From Gracilinanus agilis (Eukaryota): a stretch of 63,867 nucleotides of DNA. Of the stretch, positions 39,691 to 51,130 are shown in pieces (the stretch's first letter is position 1; every line of letters starts with the position of its first letter). The stretch lies in the NCBI RefSeq assembly GCF_016433145.1, contig NC_058135.1, positions 285,300,911 through 285,364,777 of the forward strand, written 5' to 3'. Both the position numbers and the translations under genes were made by a program. The notes below the pieces were generated by a model, which worked only from the letters and a program-made list of their open reading frames with translations, was not told where the DNA came from and did not search any database.

Positions 39691-40259
39691 GTAGGACCTC
39701 CAGGGGCCAGGCCGAGCTGGGGGCAGGGAAGCACACGGCGGGGAGATGACTTGTAGGATTCTGGGGCAGGAGCTGGTGAGATGCCGGCCACCTGGGCGAC
39801 CCACGAAGGATGGTGGTCAGGGGCCCAGAGAGCACGACGCAGGCAGGGCTTCATATTCCGTCGAACCCCAAACTACCGTGTTCCGTGGCGTGGGCTGCCC
39901 TTGGGGAGCTCAGACAGGCCCCCAGAGATGAGGCCTTCCTGCATCGAAGGACCCGCTGGGCCTCCAGGAAAGGGGGGACCTTTGAGGCGAGCGAGGGGGA
40001 CACAAAGGATTCGGATCTCTCAGCACACTTGGGCTTCTCCTGGCCTGCCGTTCCCTTTCCCCCAGGAGGGCAGGCAGAGACTGTTTCATCGGTTCTCCCC
40101 CCGGCCTGGGTGAGCGGAGCCTGGAGAGTGTCCCCAGCCCAGGACGCAGTGTGAGGGGAGGCCGTGGATGCCCCCGTTGGGGCCACTCTGAGCCGGGGCA
40201 GGGGCGGTCATCATTCCTGCACAGCCCCGCATGGGCATTGTTTCTTCCGTCCGTCGCAG

Positions 40260-40380
40260 GCGTAAGAGGAGCTATAAGCAGGCCGTGAGTGAGCTCGATG
40301 AGAATGGGGATCACCTGGAAGACGAGGCGCTCACTCCTCCCAAAAACAAGACTTCGTCCCCCGTCTGCCCGCCCAGCAAG
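40260..40380 (+). CDS. INCENP: INCENP exon 9: [14 protein letters not shown]...CPPSK
   Basis: Near-identical to human [14 protein letters not shown]. Canonical splice sites. Confidence 0.98.
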
Positions 40381-40468
40381 GTAAGGGGCTTGGCGCGCTC
40401 TCCCCAGGGTGCGGGGGCTGTGCCGTCCCGGTGCCCGGGCCTCCATCCTCCTCTCCCTGCCCTGGCAG

Positions 40469-40603
40469 GTGGTGAGGCCCCTGCGGACCTTCCTGCACAC
40501 CGTCCAGAAGAACCAGATGCTCATGACTCCGACCTCCGCCGGCCGCACCAGCGTCATGAAGTCGTTCATTAAACGCAACACTCCAATGCACATGGATGCC
40601 AAG
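40469..40603 (+). CDS. INCENP: INCENP exon 10: [45 protein letters not shown]
   Basis: Highly conserved phospho-regulatory segment, phase 0-0. Confidence 0.98.
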
Positions 40604-40985
40604 GTTAGCGGCCGGGCCGAGGGGGCCGGGAGGGACACGCCCGGGAAGGACGAGGCCTCTGGCAGCCCCCCCGGAGCGGCGGTGAGCCAGAGTGTGGGGC
40701 CTCCACTTGGGCGCCCTCAGCCACGTTTCCCGTTCCCTCTTGGCCGCCTGCAGGACGCTCCTAGCAACCAAGGGAGCCTGGCCTGGGGGGGTGAGGGCGA
40801 GAGAAAGACCCTCAGTGTCAGGGCTGCAGGCCTTTGGGTGGGCTTTATGTGCACACATGTACATGCGTGTGTACACACATGGATGTGTACGTGCACATGT
40901 GGGAGCCTGCTGGGGGTCTGTGGAGGCTTCTCTGCTGGCGGCCGAAGGTGTTAATGTGAGGCTTCCCCCTTTCTCCTCCCCACAG

Positions 40986-40997
40986 GGCAGTTTTGTC
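40986..40997 (+). CDS. INCENP: INCENP exon 11, 12-nt microexon GSFV (probably alternatively spliced)
   Basis: Polypyrimidine tract cttccccctttctcctccccacag, then GGC AGT TTT GTC, then GTAAGT. Corresponds to the human optional CSFV insert. Confidence 0.9.
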
Positions 40998-43900
40998 GTA
41001 AGTAATCCATTCCCCGTCCTAGTGCCGTAGCCCCCGTCACCCTCCCTACTGAACCACCGCCTCCCCCGGCAGCCAGGATCCCTTGTTGAAACACTAACCC
41101 TGAGTGTGCCCCGCCCAAGGGCCTCCTGGAAGGTCCAGCCTCTGCTTCGGGGTCACACGGCGAGCCTTCACAGGACTTGACCTTCCACAGAGGCGAGATG
41201 CCCAGGACGCCCTCGCACTGTCGGTGACCACAGCCCGTAGCCTCCCCCCACTCGATCTCGAGGCCCGCCATCCTGAGAAAGACACACACACTGGCCCTGG
41301 GACGCCCCCACCTTCCTTCTGGACCTCAGCCTGGCCGTTGGCCGACAGTGCTTCCCTCTAGATCTTAGTCTGACTTTGTCGTCTAGTGTTAGTAGAAGAA
41401 GCTGTGTGACGTTCCTAATTCCCAGAGTCTCTGAGCTCCTCCTTAGTCAGGGAGACAACTTTTAAATTGATCTTCTTTATTGCAATGAAATTGGGGTGGA
41501 GCCCATGAGACCAACCTGGGTTGATGAAGGCAAAGGGACTCTGGTATTAGAATTCAATTGGGCAACTCAGTGCCTCAGTGAATTGAGAGCCTGGCCTCGA
41601 ATTGGGAGGTCCTGGGTTCCAATCTGGCCTCAGATACTTCCTAGCTGTGTGACCCTGGGCAAGTCACTGAACCCCCATTGCTTAGCCCTACCACTCTTCT
41701 GCTTTGGAACCAATAGCTAGTATCAATTCTTAAACAGAAGGCGAGGGGTTTTTTGTTCTGTTTTCTAAAAAAAGGAAATTCAATTGGAATTGACGTCTTG
41801 GGCCTAGAATGGCATAATGAATGTCAGCAGCCTCTGGGAATCAGGAAAGTTTGACTAGCCTCTTTGTAGTCATAACTGGGGAGAGAGCCCAGGGGAGGTG
41901 AGGGCGGGCGGCCCGGCTGTCTCCATCACTTCGTGTTTGGGTCTTTGCATTCCCCCCATTGCCCTGTGCTCTTCTCACTCACTGGCTACTGGACCCAGCA
42001 AGCACCCCCAGGGAAGCGGATCCCTGTAGCCTGAGGCTGGAAGTTTGCTATCTGGGGCCTGGCATGAACAGCTTTCCCCTGGGCACTTGGGTGAGCCTCC
42101 TACTGGCCTTGTTGGCCAATTCCCTAATACCCAGAGTAGAGAGCCGATTCTACCTTGGACTATTCCTCCAGGGGGACACCCTTTTCTCTTCCTAAAGGAG
42201 TCCAAAGAAGCTGGCTTTTCGTCCTCCTGGGAACTGGGGATTCTCTGGCTTGGGAAGAGCAGACCGGTAGTCATGGCTAGGGGGTGACCTGAGTCTGCTC
42301 CAGGAAAGCCTCGTGCCTATCACAACCCACTGAACTTTACACTTGGACATCGGAGCTGACATAAGAGCATCCTCCAGTGTCTGAAGGCCTCAGCTTTCTA
42401 GAGAAGGCCATTTGCCCCATGCCGTCTCCTATGGGATGGGAGTGGGTCAGAGGAGTTTTCTAGATGTTGTTGAATTGCATGGAGCTGGTCCTTCAGGGGT
42501 CCTCCCCCTCTTCTATTTTCCAGGGCACCCAGAATGGGCAGTAGAGGAAGCCCTGAGCTCAAGCCTCATCTGATAGGACCATGCTTATTGCGTGACTTGG
42601 GCAGATCATGGGAACCCCAGTGCCCTGGGAAGCTTTCTGAGACTCTCAGAGAAATGTCCTTGATACATACTGGTGAAGGGAGATTCCACACTGGGAACTC
42701 TCAGAGGGCCTGATGACCCCCTCCTTCCTGCCCTTGTAGAAAGCAAATCCTTTCCCCCCATTTTTGTTTTCTAAATTTGAAGGTTTTTTAGAATAGATTT
42801 TGTGAAAATTGAGCAAACGAGAATTTTTTTAAAAAGAAAAGAACAGCCTTGCCAGTGCCCCATCCAAAGCTGTTCTCCCACTTGTCAGACTTCTTTAAAC
42901 CATTGAGCCCCTCCTGCTTTTCTCCACTCCATCTTGCTGATGCCAGCAGGATCAAGGCAAGCCAGCTTTTCCCCAGCAGGCCAGGCAGGGCCGGTCCCCC
43001 AGCTTGGTGGAAGCAAATCAAGTTCCCAGGGCCACAGCCCTTCCCAGAGGAGGTTTTTTACCAGAGAAATGGGGAAGATCCACCTGGGGAGGGAATTACC
43101 CCTTGGGAGCAGCAGCCCACTTGGAGGCTTGCTTTTTGCCCCACTGGAAGCCCTGGGGACTTTAGGAAGTTGGTGGCTTTGTGGAAAGCCTCACCTTCCT
43201 CTGTGCCATTGTGAAGGTAGCAATCCCTTGGCTGATGTCTGTGCCAACCAGAGGGGCCCAGCTCCTGCAGAATGCAGGGCAATCCCCAGAGCCAGAGGTT
43301 CTCTGGCCCCGTGCCCTGTCAGAGGCAGGAATTGCCTCTGCAGCTTCTTGACATGTGGCATCTGTCTAGCCTTTACTTGAATTCCTTAGAACAGCAGGGA
43401 GTTCACTACTTCACAAGATGGCTCATTTCACTTCTGAACAGCTTGTTTATAAAAGGAGGGCTAGCTCTCATTGTCAGCATGATGCTTACACACAGTGGAG
43501 CCCAAGTAAATGTGTATCACAGAGAAATTTAGAAAGTTCCGTTTGGTGTTCCTAACTTTGACCCATCCTGGTCATGCCCTCTGAGACCAAGTAGAGAGCG
43601 ACCACCATCCCAGGACTGAAACCTCTGCTCTTCTCTCTTCTCCTGGGGTTCCTTACGCCAGCTTTCCTAGGGCAGATTTTCAGGTCCAGCCTGTCTGCAG
43701 GCCTTCCTAGCACTGCCCTGGCCAGGACCACAGCCACCTTTCTGGACAGTCCCAGGGGTGTGAGAGCTTCTGGGTTCCAGCTGCCTCCTGGCCCTTCTCT
43801 CCTTGCCCAGCACTGGGGCTGCTTCACTCTTGGGCCGGCAAGCTGCATCATTCACTGGCATGGACCGTTTGGCTACAGCCTACGTGGGGCTGCCCTCAAC

Positions 43901-44225
43901 TCCTGGGCCTTCTGCATCAGGCATGTGTGGCCTTGGTCCAGCCTCATCCCATCTGGGCCTCACCTCAGAGATGGAGGGGGTTCTCTTCCCCACTTGGAAC
44001 TGGGCCCACTAAGCCCCTGGAGAGAAGCTGAGGGGGTGAGAGCAGCCCCAAGCCTGGAGTGCTGCCCAGAGATGGTGCAAGGACTGTGCAGACAAGGAAT
44101 CTGGGGTCTCAGGGTGGGATAATTCGGGGCAGAGGCAGCCCTGGGAGCCCACACTGGCCAGCCACACCTCTGGGAGCTGGCCTGCCTGGGCCCCCACCCA
44201 TGGCCTGGCCCTTCGTGCCCCACAG

Positions 44226-44335
44226 GAGAAGGAGCGGCAGCGACTGGAAAACCTGAAGAAGAAGGAGGAGGCTGAGCTGCTGAGGAAGCAGAAGGTGGAG
44301 GAGGACAAGCGCAGGCGCCTGGAGGAGGTGAAATT
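44226..44335 (+). CDS. INCENP: INCENP exon 12 (start of SAH domain): [17 protein letters not shown]...LEEVK
   Basis: Matches human; phase 0-2. Confidence 0.98.
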
Positions 44336-44381
44336 GTGAGTTTCCACCTGGCCCCGCCCCCTTCTAAATAGTCAAAGTGGG

Positions 44382-44790
44382 CCTCTGGAGGTGTGTCTGC
44401 CCCCGCCTCCTGGCCTGGCCTCACCCCCTATGATATATTGTCAATGTCCTCTCTGGAGGTGTATCTTCTGGCTCCACCCCCTGGCCTGGCCCCGCCTCCC
44501 TGCAATATATTGTCAATGTCCCTCTCTGGAGGTGTGTCTACCTGGCCTGGCCCCCCCTCCCTGCAGTATAGTGTCAGTGTAGTCCTCTGAAGGTGTGTTC
44601 CCTGGGCCATCCCCAGCCTTGCCCCATCCTGCCCCTTCCTCATTAGTCAGCCAGTCCCTCTGGAGTGGAGGAGGAGATGGGAGTGTCTGCCTGCCCGCTG
44701 GCTGGTCTGGCCCTGCCTCCTTGTACTATATTGTCAGTGTCCCCCTCTCTGGAGATCTGGGCCCGCCTGTAGTAGTCAGTGTGCACCTCC
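44382..44790. repeat. Degenerate minisatellite (about 65-75 bp unit, about 6 copies) in intron 12
   Basis: Recurring TATATTGTCA(A/G)TGTCCCTCTCTGGAGGTGT..CTGGCCTGGCCCC units. Confidence 0.75.
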
Positions 44791-44848
44791 GGAGGAGGCG
44801 AGGGGGCTCCCTGCCTGGTGACCCGCCCTTTGGTCCCTGTGGCCCCAG

Positions 44849-44966
44849 GAAGCGGGAAGAGCGCCTTCGGAAGGTTCTGCAGGCCCGGGAGCGGGCGGAA
44901 CAGCTGGAAGTAGAGAAGAAGAAGCGCATTGAGCAGAAGCTGGCCCAGCTAGAGAAGAACGAGAAG
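44849..44966 (+). CDS. INCENP: INCENP exon 13: [15 protein letters not shown]...EKNEK
   Basis: Matches human; phase 2-0. Confidence 0.98.
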
Positions 44967-45100
44967 GTCAGCAGTGGCAGGGCCCCTAGGGAGCCACCAG
45001 AGGGGATGGACACGGGTGTCTCCTCCCCACCAGGGTAGGTGGGGGGGTTCCCTTTCTGAGTCCTGGCTCAACCTGACTGGGAGTTTGGCCGGGGTCCCAG

Positions 45101-45223
45101 GCAAAGGAAGAGCGACTGGCGGAGGAGAAGGCCAGGAAGAAGGCAGCAGCCAAAAAGCTGGAGGAGGCAGAGACAAGGCGAAAGCAGGAGGAAGAAGTCA
45201 GAAGGCAGAAGAAGCTCCAGCAG
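45101..45223 (+). CDS. INCENP: INCENP exon 14: [19 protein letters not shown]...KKLQQ
   Basis: Matches human; phase 0-0. Confidence 0.97.
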
Positions 45224-46207
45224 GTAAGAGGAGGAAGGATAGATGGATGGACTGATGGACGGAAGGCTAGAAGCACTAGGCACCAAGGACTATGTCAGCC
45301 CCTTCCTCATGGGGCAGCAGGAGCACTGCTGGGCCTCGAGTTCAGATCTAGCCTCAACATTCAGTTGGGCAAGTCGCTTAACTACTGTCTGCCTCAGTTT
45401 TCTCTTCCGTAAAATTCCATGTGCTTCCAGAATTGTTATAAAAGAGCAGGTGAGATAACCTGGTTAAGAGCCATAGAAATGCTCTTACCAACATCGTCTT
45501 CCTTGGCATCAGCCCCCACCCTGCAAAGCGGGGAGGGATTAAGAAAGACTCTTGGCTGGACGTGATCATCCCAGTTCTTCACCCTTCACACCTTCTCTCT
45601 GGGATGGGAATTCTTCCTCACTGGCCTGTGCCTTTCCGGACATCTAAGCCCAATCTTTCCTTAGTCCAAAAAATTCAATAGCTAAACCTGTGGACAGTTT
45701 GCCTTGTCCCTTGTTGGAATTCATGTGGGTAGCCTGTTGTTCATCTCCAGAATACAATGGAATCATTGATTTAGAACTAGAAGGGGCCTTCAAGGCCACT
45801 GAGAACAACTCCCTCATTTTACAGAGGGAATTTAGCCCAGTAAATGCTTGCTAAGGGTAGATTTAGACCCAGTCCATCCCTCTGCCTGATTAGTGTTTTG
45901 TCTGTTTCTTCCTTTTTTATTATTATTTTTTAAACCCTTATCTTCCCTTTTAGAATCAATCCTAGGCAAAAGAGTGGTGAAGGCTAGGCAGTGGGGAGTT
46001 AAGTGACTTGCCCAGGGTCACCCAGCTAGGAAGTGACTGAGATCCTCCTACCTCTAGGCCTGGCTCTCTTTCCACTGAGCCACTTGGCTGCTCCCAAGTT
46101 GCCTGTCTTTTCCGAGAACATTGCTCTGCCCATTTCACTCGAAGCCTAACCTGCCCTCCCTGACTGGCTGAAGGCCCCCTGAGCTCTTTCTCTTTCCTGT
46201 TCTCCAG

Positions 46208-46389
46208 GAGGAGGAAGAGCGGAGATACCAGGAGCAGCTACAGAGAAAGAAGGAGGAAGAACAGGAGAGGCTACGGAAATTGGCCGAGGCCAGGAGGATC
46301 ATGGAACAGCAGAAGCAGCGTGAGCAACAGCTGGCCCTTGAGAGAGAGCTGGAGAGAAAGAGGGAGCAAGAGAGGCTGCAGGCTGACAG
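46208..46389 (+). CDS. INCENP: INCENP exon 15: EEEERRYQEQLQRKKEEEQERLRK...RLQAD
   Basis: E/R/K-rich SAH segment, canonical sites, phase 0-2. Confidence 0.97.
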
Positions 46390-48814
46390 GTGAGGGCAGG
46401 CCACAAAGGTCCCCCCAGAGCAGAAGGAGGGATAGACAGATGGACAGATGACTCCTGGTGCTTGCCTCCAGCAGGCTGATTGGTGCCCATTTGTGTGTGT
46501 GTAAGAGTCCATGCAAATGAGTGAGACAGTTCTGAGAGGCAGGCATTTGTAGGTGTTATCCCCATCTTCAGATTAGGAAACTGAGGCTCACACAAGTTCC
46601 TTGGGAGCAGGATTCAAACTCAAGCAAGTCTTTATTGTCATTTTATATTTTCTAAAAGTAGGTTTTAAGACGTGTTCCCCTCCCTTGTCCCATTGAATTC
46701 TTTGTGTAAAGGAAAGGTAGGCCAAACTGACCCCATGGGGTGGGGGCCACGGACCACCTTCCTGGCCCTCCATCTCGACAGTGAAAAGGGAAGTGGGTGA
46801 GTGACGACGAGTGCATTGTCCATTCTCCTGGACTTCCTTCACTCTGTGCCACATTCCATTAGAAGTCTTTCCACGTTTCTTCAAATATTTCATTTGTTGT
46901 TTCCCTTTTTTGTCCCTTTTTTCTAATTACACGTAGAAACGTTCTCTAAGAATGGTTACTTTTGCAGCCCACATTTTCTCCCCTCCCCAGATGGTAACCA
47001 GGGTGAACGGGTTTTTACAGTGTGGTAGCAGCACCCATTTCCATATTTCTCTTTCATTTGCTGTTTCTTGCCGTATACAAAGAATCCCTCACCCCCGGCG
47101 CTCACAGCTGGTTAGCCGTTCCCCAGGCGGTCTTTCCTCTTTGTTTCCAGTTTTTTGCTTTGGCCATTTGGGCAGAGGCAGTATGTGGTTCCAGGTCTTC
47201 CCTCGGCATCTTTGCCTCCGTGTGGCTCAGGACCATTTCTGCTTCCTCGGGTAGCGCAGTGGGGTCCGGAGCTCACTGGAGAAGCGGCCGGACCTTTTCT
47301 GGTTCTTATTCCGTTTGGTGCGCTTACTTCAGCCTCAGGTGCTCTCGGGATGCTCCGGCTCCCCCCGGGTTTCTGTGAGCTCCTGGGCCCCCTCGCATGG
47401 TCTTCCCTGAGATTTTACAGATCACTTTCTGTTTTTATTTTTATTTTCATTCATTTATTTTTTTTTTAGGCCCTCACCTTCCATCTTGGAGTCAATACTG
47501 TGTATTGGCTCCAAGGCAGAAGAGTGGGAAGGGTAGGCAATGAGGGTCAAGTGACTTGCCCAGGGTCACCCAGCTGGGAAGTGTCTGAGGCCAGATTTGA
47601 ACCCAGGACCTCCTGTCTCTAGGCCTGGCTCTCAATCCACTGACCCACCCAGCTGCCCCCCCCACTTTCTGTTTTTAACTGGCATCCGGCCACTTGGTGA
47701 GAAGCCGGCCAGCCCCAACTGACCCAAAAAGGGGCTTCTTGGCTTCCTTTTCCAGAGACACTTGGGCTGGCAATGTTAGCCTGTGCAGGCTCTGAGCCCA
47801 TTTTTGCCGCCTTTGCTCTACTGGCTTAATGAAGTGCTTTCGGTGGGTGGCCTCCAGGGGTGCCCCATCGTCTGCCCTTTTTTTTTTTTTTTTTTTTTAA
47901 CCCTTAACTTCTGTGTATTGGCTCCTAGGTGGAAGAGTGGTAAGGGGGGGGGCATGGGGGTCAAGTGACTTGCCCAGGGTCACACGGCTGGGAAGTGTCT
48001 GAGGCCAGATTTGAACCCAGGACTTCCTGTCTCTAGGCCCGACTCTCCATCCACTGAGCTACCCAGCTGCCCCCCGTCGTCTGCTTTTGATTCTTCCGGC
48101 TGGCCGTTGGTCTCAGTCTTTGAGTGTGACCGTACACGGGCAAGAGAGGCTGTAACGGCTCGTTTCCGGCCTGTTTCTCTCAGCTCTCCTTCGCTGGCAC
48201 TCAGACTTTCCGCTCAGCTCTGAGCTTTTTTGATCATTAAAAGCCCATTTTTCCCCCCTGCAGGACTATCATTCTTGGTTTTTAGGCCGGTCTCCAGACT
48301 GACCCTGTAACGTGTGGGGAGGGACGGCTCTGAACAGGGGCTGACACAAAGCCTGTGAACATTTTGATGGTGGAGGGGACGGAGGAGGGACGTGGCGCTG
48401 AGAGGGGGCAGCTTCCCCCAGATCCTCTCGGTCACCTGCAGGCCTGGGAGTGCATTTGGGCGTCTCACGTAGCGCCTGCGCACGGTCCCACAGTGGGGTG
48501 ACTGCCGGCCCCCCTCTGTCGCCACGTGCCCCAGCTGGGGGAGTCCGCGGGGCCTCGGACTTGGCGGAAGAGTGTGGAGAAAGTCTTGGGGGAAGATAGA
48601 ACAGAAAACGTGGTTCAGGCCGTCGTCCTGCGTGCACCGTGCTGGCACGAGGACAAAACCGGGCCGGGCCCTGCCCCCGGCTCTGGGAGCCCCGGTCCTT
48701 GGCCTGCCTTCCTGACCTGCCAGCAGGTAGAGAGCGGCCCGTCAGGCACGGGAGCCGAGGGAGGGGGACTCGGGCCCCTGCCTGCCGGCGACAGCTCGGG
48801 CTCTTGACTTCCAG

Positions 48815-48893
48815 AGAGCGGCTGGAGAAGGAGCGAGCCTTGAGGCTGCAGAAGGAGCGGCTGCAGCGGGAGCTGGAGGAGAAGAGGAAGAAG
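48815..48893 (+). CDS. INCENP: INCENP exon 16: ERLEKERALRLQKERLQRELEEKRKK
   Basis: Matches human; phase 2-0. Confidence 0.96.
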
Positions 48894-49027
48894 GTGAGGC
48901 TCCGCGCCAGCACGGCCTGGGCCCCCCCCAGCCTCAGAGCCCGCCCGTCCCAAGGGGGCCGTCCCCGGGGGGCCCTCGGGTGGGGGTGTCCCGCCTCCCC
49001 GGTTCACACGTCCCGTGTCGGCCCCAG

Positions 49028-49144
49028 GAGGAGCATCAGCGCCAGGAGCTGGCGCGCAGGAAGCTGCAGGAGGAGCAGGAGAGGAAGGCCAGGGAGGCCG
49101 CCGCCGCCGCCAACAAGTTCCTGAACGTGACGGTGGACGTGCAG
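49028..49144 (+). CDS. INCENP: INCENP exon 17: EEHQRQE...NKFLNVTVDVQ
   Basis: Ends LNVTVDVQ as in human; phase 0-0. Confidence 0.97.
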
Positions 49145-49369
49145 GTGAGACTGTCCCGGAGGCCGCAGAGCCCCGAGCCGGGCCTCGCTTCCCTCGGCGC
49201 AGGCCCAGGGTTTGGCTCCCGGCGTGGGAGGCCCTCGGCAGCCTCACGCCAGACACGAGGCTGGCTCGTGGCCTCTCCGCACCTCGGGGCGGGGGGGGGT
49301 CGAGCCGGATCCGGGGGGCTTCCCTGTGGCGCCGGGGTGACGGGGTGACGGCGTCTGTTTCCTCTTAAG

Positions 49370-49520
49370 TCTCCAGTTTGCAACTCATACGAAATGACCC
49401 CGCAGGGCCCCCGGGGGGGCCCCAAGATCAATCCGGACAACTACGGGATGGACCTGAACAGCGACGACTCCACGGACGACGAGACGCAGCCCCGGAAGCC
49501 CATTCCCGCCTGGGCCAATG
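49370..49520 (+). CDS. INCENP: INCENP exon 18 (IN-box N-terminal part): [11 protein letters not shown]...[15 protein letters not shown]...PIPAWAN
   Basis: IN-box motifs conserved. The in-frame acceptor is AAG (49367-49369); donor G|GTGAGG. Confidence 0.96.
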
Positions 49521-49611
49521 GTGAGGGCCGGCCTGGATGGGGGGGGCGGCGGAGAGGGGGCGGCGGGGTTCCGGGGGGGGACACACGCGTGACCCCACTC
49601 TCCCGCCCCAG

Positions 49612-49826
49612 GGAGCCAGCTGAGCCAGGCCGTCATCCGCCAGTACTACAACCCCCCCGACATCGACCAGCTCTTCGGCACCATCCTCAGCCCGCGGCTC
49701 GAGGACATCTTCAACAAGAGCAAACCGCGCTACCACAAGCGCACCAGCTCGGCCGTCTGGCACTCGCCGCCCCTCCCCGGATCGCGGCCCTTCACGGGCG
49801 CCTCCTACGGCCTGAAGAAGCCCTGA
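49612..49826 (+). CDS. INCENP: INCENP exon 19, last coding exon (IN-box, KRTSSAVW Aurora B-activating TSS motif), stop TGA
   Basis: [21 protein letters not shown] matches human. Total CDS of 2637 nt is divisible by 3. Confidence 0.98.
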
Positions 49827-50094
49827 GCCTCCCCTGGACCGGCTGCGGCTCTCCGGACTGGACGGTGTGTTTTCTCTAAGAAATGGGGGGTTTTTAGCCA
49901 AGGGGAGCCGGAGGCCTCTCGAGCCGGGGCTGCCTGGCCGCAGCGGGCGCCGGGCCTGGGGTCAGCAGAGACTGAAACCCCGAGATGCCGTGGGGGGGCG
50001 ACGGTCACGGCCCCCCGGAGAGCCGGCGGCCCCCGGCTTGTACATAGGCAGCTAGTTTGAGAGGACGTCGAGCCCCGCATTTTAAGGGCAGATC

Positions 50095-50100
50095 AATAAA
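50095..50100 (+). terminator. Likely INCENP polyadenylation signal AATAAA
   Basis: First canonical AATAAA after the stop codon, followed by GU-rich sequence. Confidence 0.7.
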
Positions 50101-50854
50101 ATGTATTCCCTGTGGCGTGCCGTGCATTCTTACTGGCGGGGCACCGCCACGAGCCTGGCCTGCCCCCTCAGCAGTGCCCAGGGAGAGGCCAGTGGCCACT
50201 GAGGGCAACGGGGGGCCAAGGGGAGACCCCCTGCCCTGGGAACAGCCGGGTCACAGCAGACGGGTCTCAGGCATCTTTGTCTGAGGACTCATCTGGCTCT
50301 GCTTTTCCACGTCCCCCAGCTCTGGCATTCCCCGTCTTGGGGTCCCCAATCCCCCCGGCTCTGACACTTCATATCCTGGGGCCCCTGATCTCCCCTCCCC
50401 CATTCCCCATCCTAGGCTCCCCAATCTCCTCTCCCTCATTCCCCATCCTGGGGCCCCCTACCATCCATGCTCTGCATTCTCAGGCTCCTCCCTGTTTGGG
50501 CCTTCTGGGAGCCCTCATGGCCCGGGGGGTGGGGTGGTCCACGCGGCTTCTCAGTCCTCATTCCAGGTGACCATTGTTCATGGTTCCTCGGCTTGGACAT
50601 GTGCACACTGTTTGTTTTAAAACCCTTACCTTGGCTCCAAGGAGCTCTTAAGGCTTAAGATCCTTACCAGGCTCTTGGAGCCATGGCTCCAAGGCAGAAG
50701 AGTGGTAAGGTCTAGGCAATGGGGGTCAAGTGACTTGCCCAGGGTCACACAGCTGGGAAGTGCCTGAGGCTAGATTTGAACCTAGAACCTCCCATCTCTA
50801 GGTCTGGTTCTCAATCCACTGAGCTACCCAGCTGTCCCCTGTGCTATGCCTTGA

Positions 50855-51130
50855 GGGTAGAAAGACAATAGAAGGTAATAGGGAGTCATGGTAGTTTATT
50901 GAGCAGGGGATGCCATGATAAAATTTACACTTTAGGAAGATCATTTGACAGCTTAGTAGAGGATAGACTGGAAAGGGGAGTGAATTGAGGCAGGGAGACC
51001 AAAGATCATGTACCAGGTGGTCGCCGTGTAGGTAGAAAGATGCTATGAGAGATGTGAAGGTAGAATTAGCAAGATTTGGCAACAGATTGGCCATATGGGA
51101 TGAGGGGAAATAAAGAGCTGAGACTAGAAC
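50855..51130. mobile_element. Ancient LINE (L2-like) fragment; donor of the 60-bp copy at 12749-12808
   Basis: L2-like degenerate sequence continuing beyond 50920. Confidence 0.55.

Noticed and set aside
39910-40954. Long overlapping ORFs on both strands
   Set aside because: Shadows or read-through of exons 9-11 in GC-rich, stop-poor sequence.
48269-50570. Many 120-214 aa ORFs
   Set aside because: Explained by INCENP exons 16-19 and extreme GC content.
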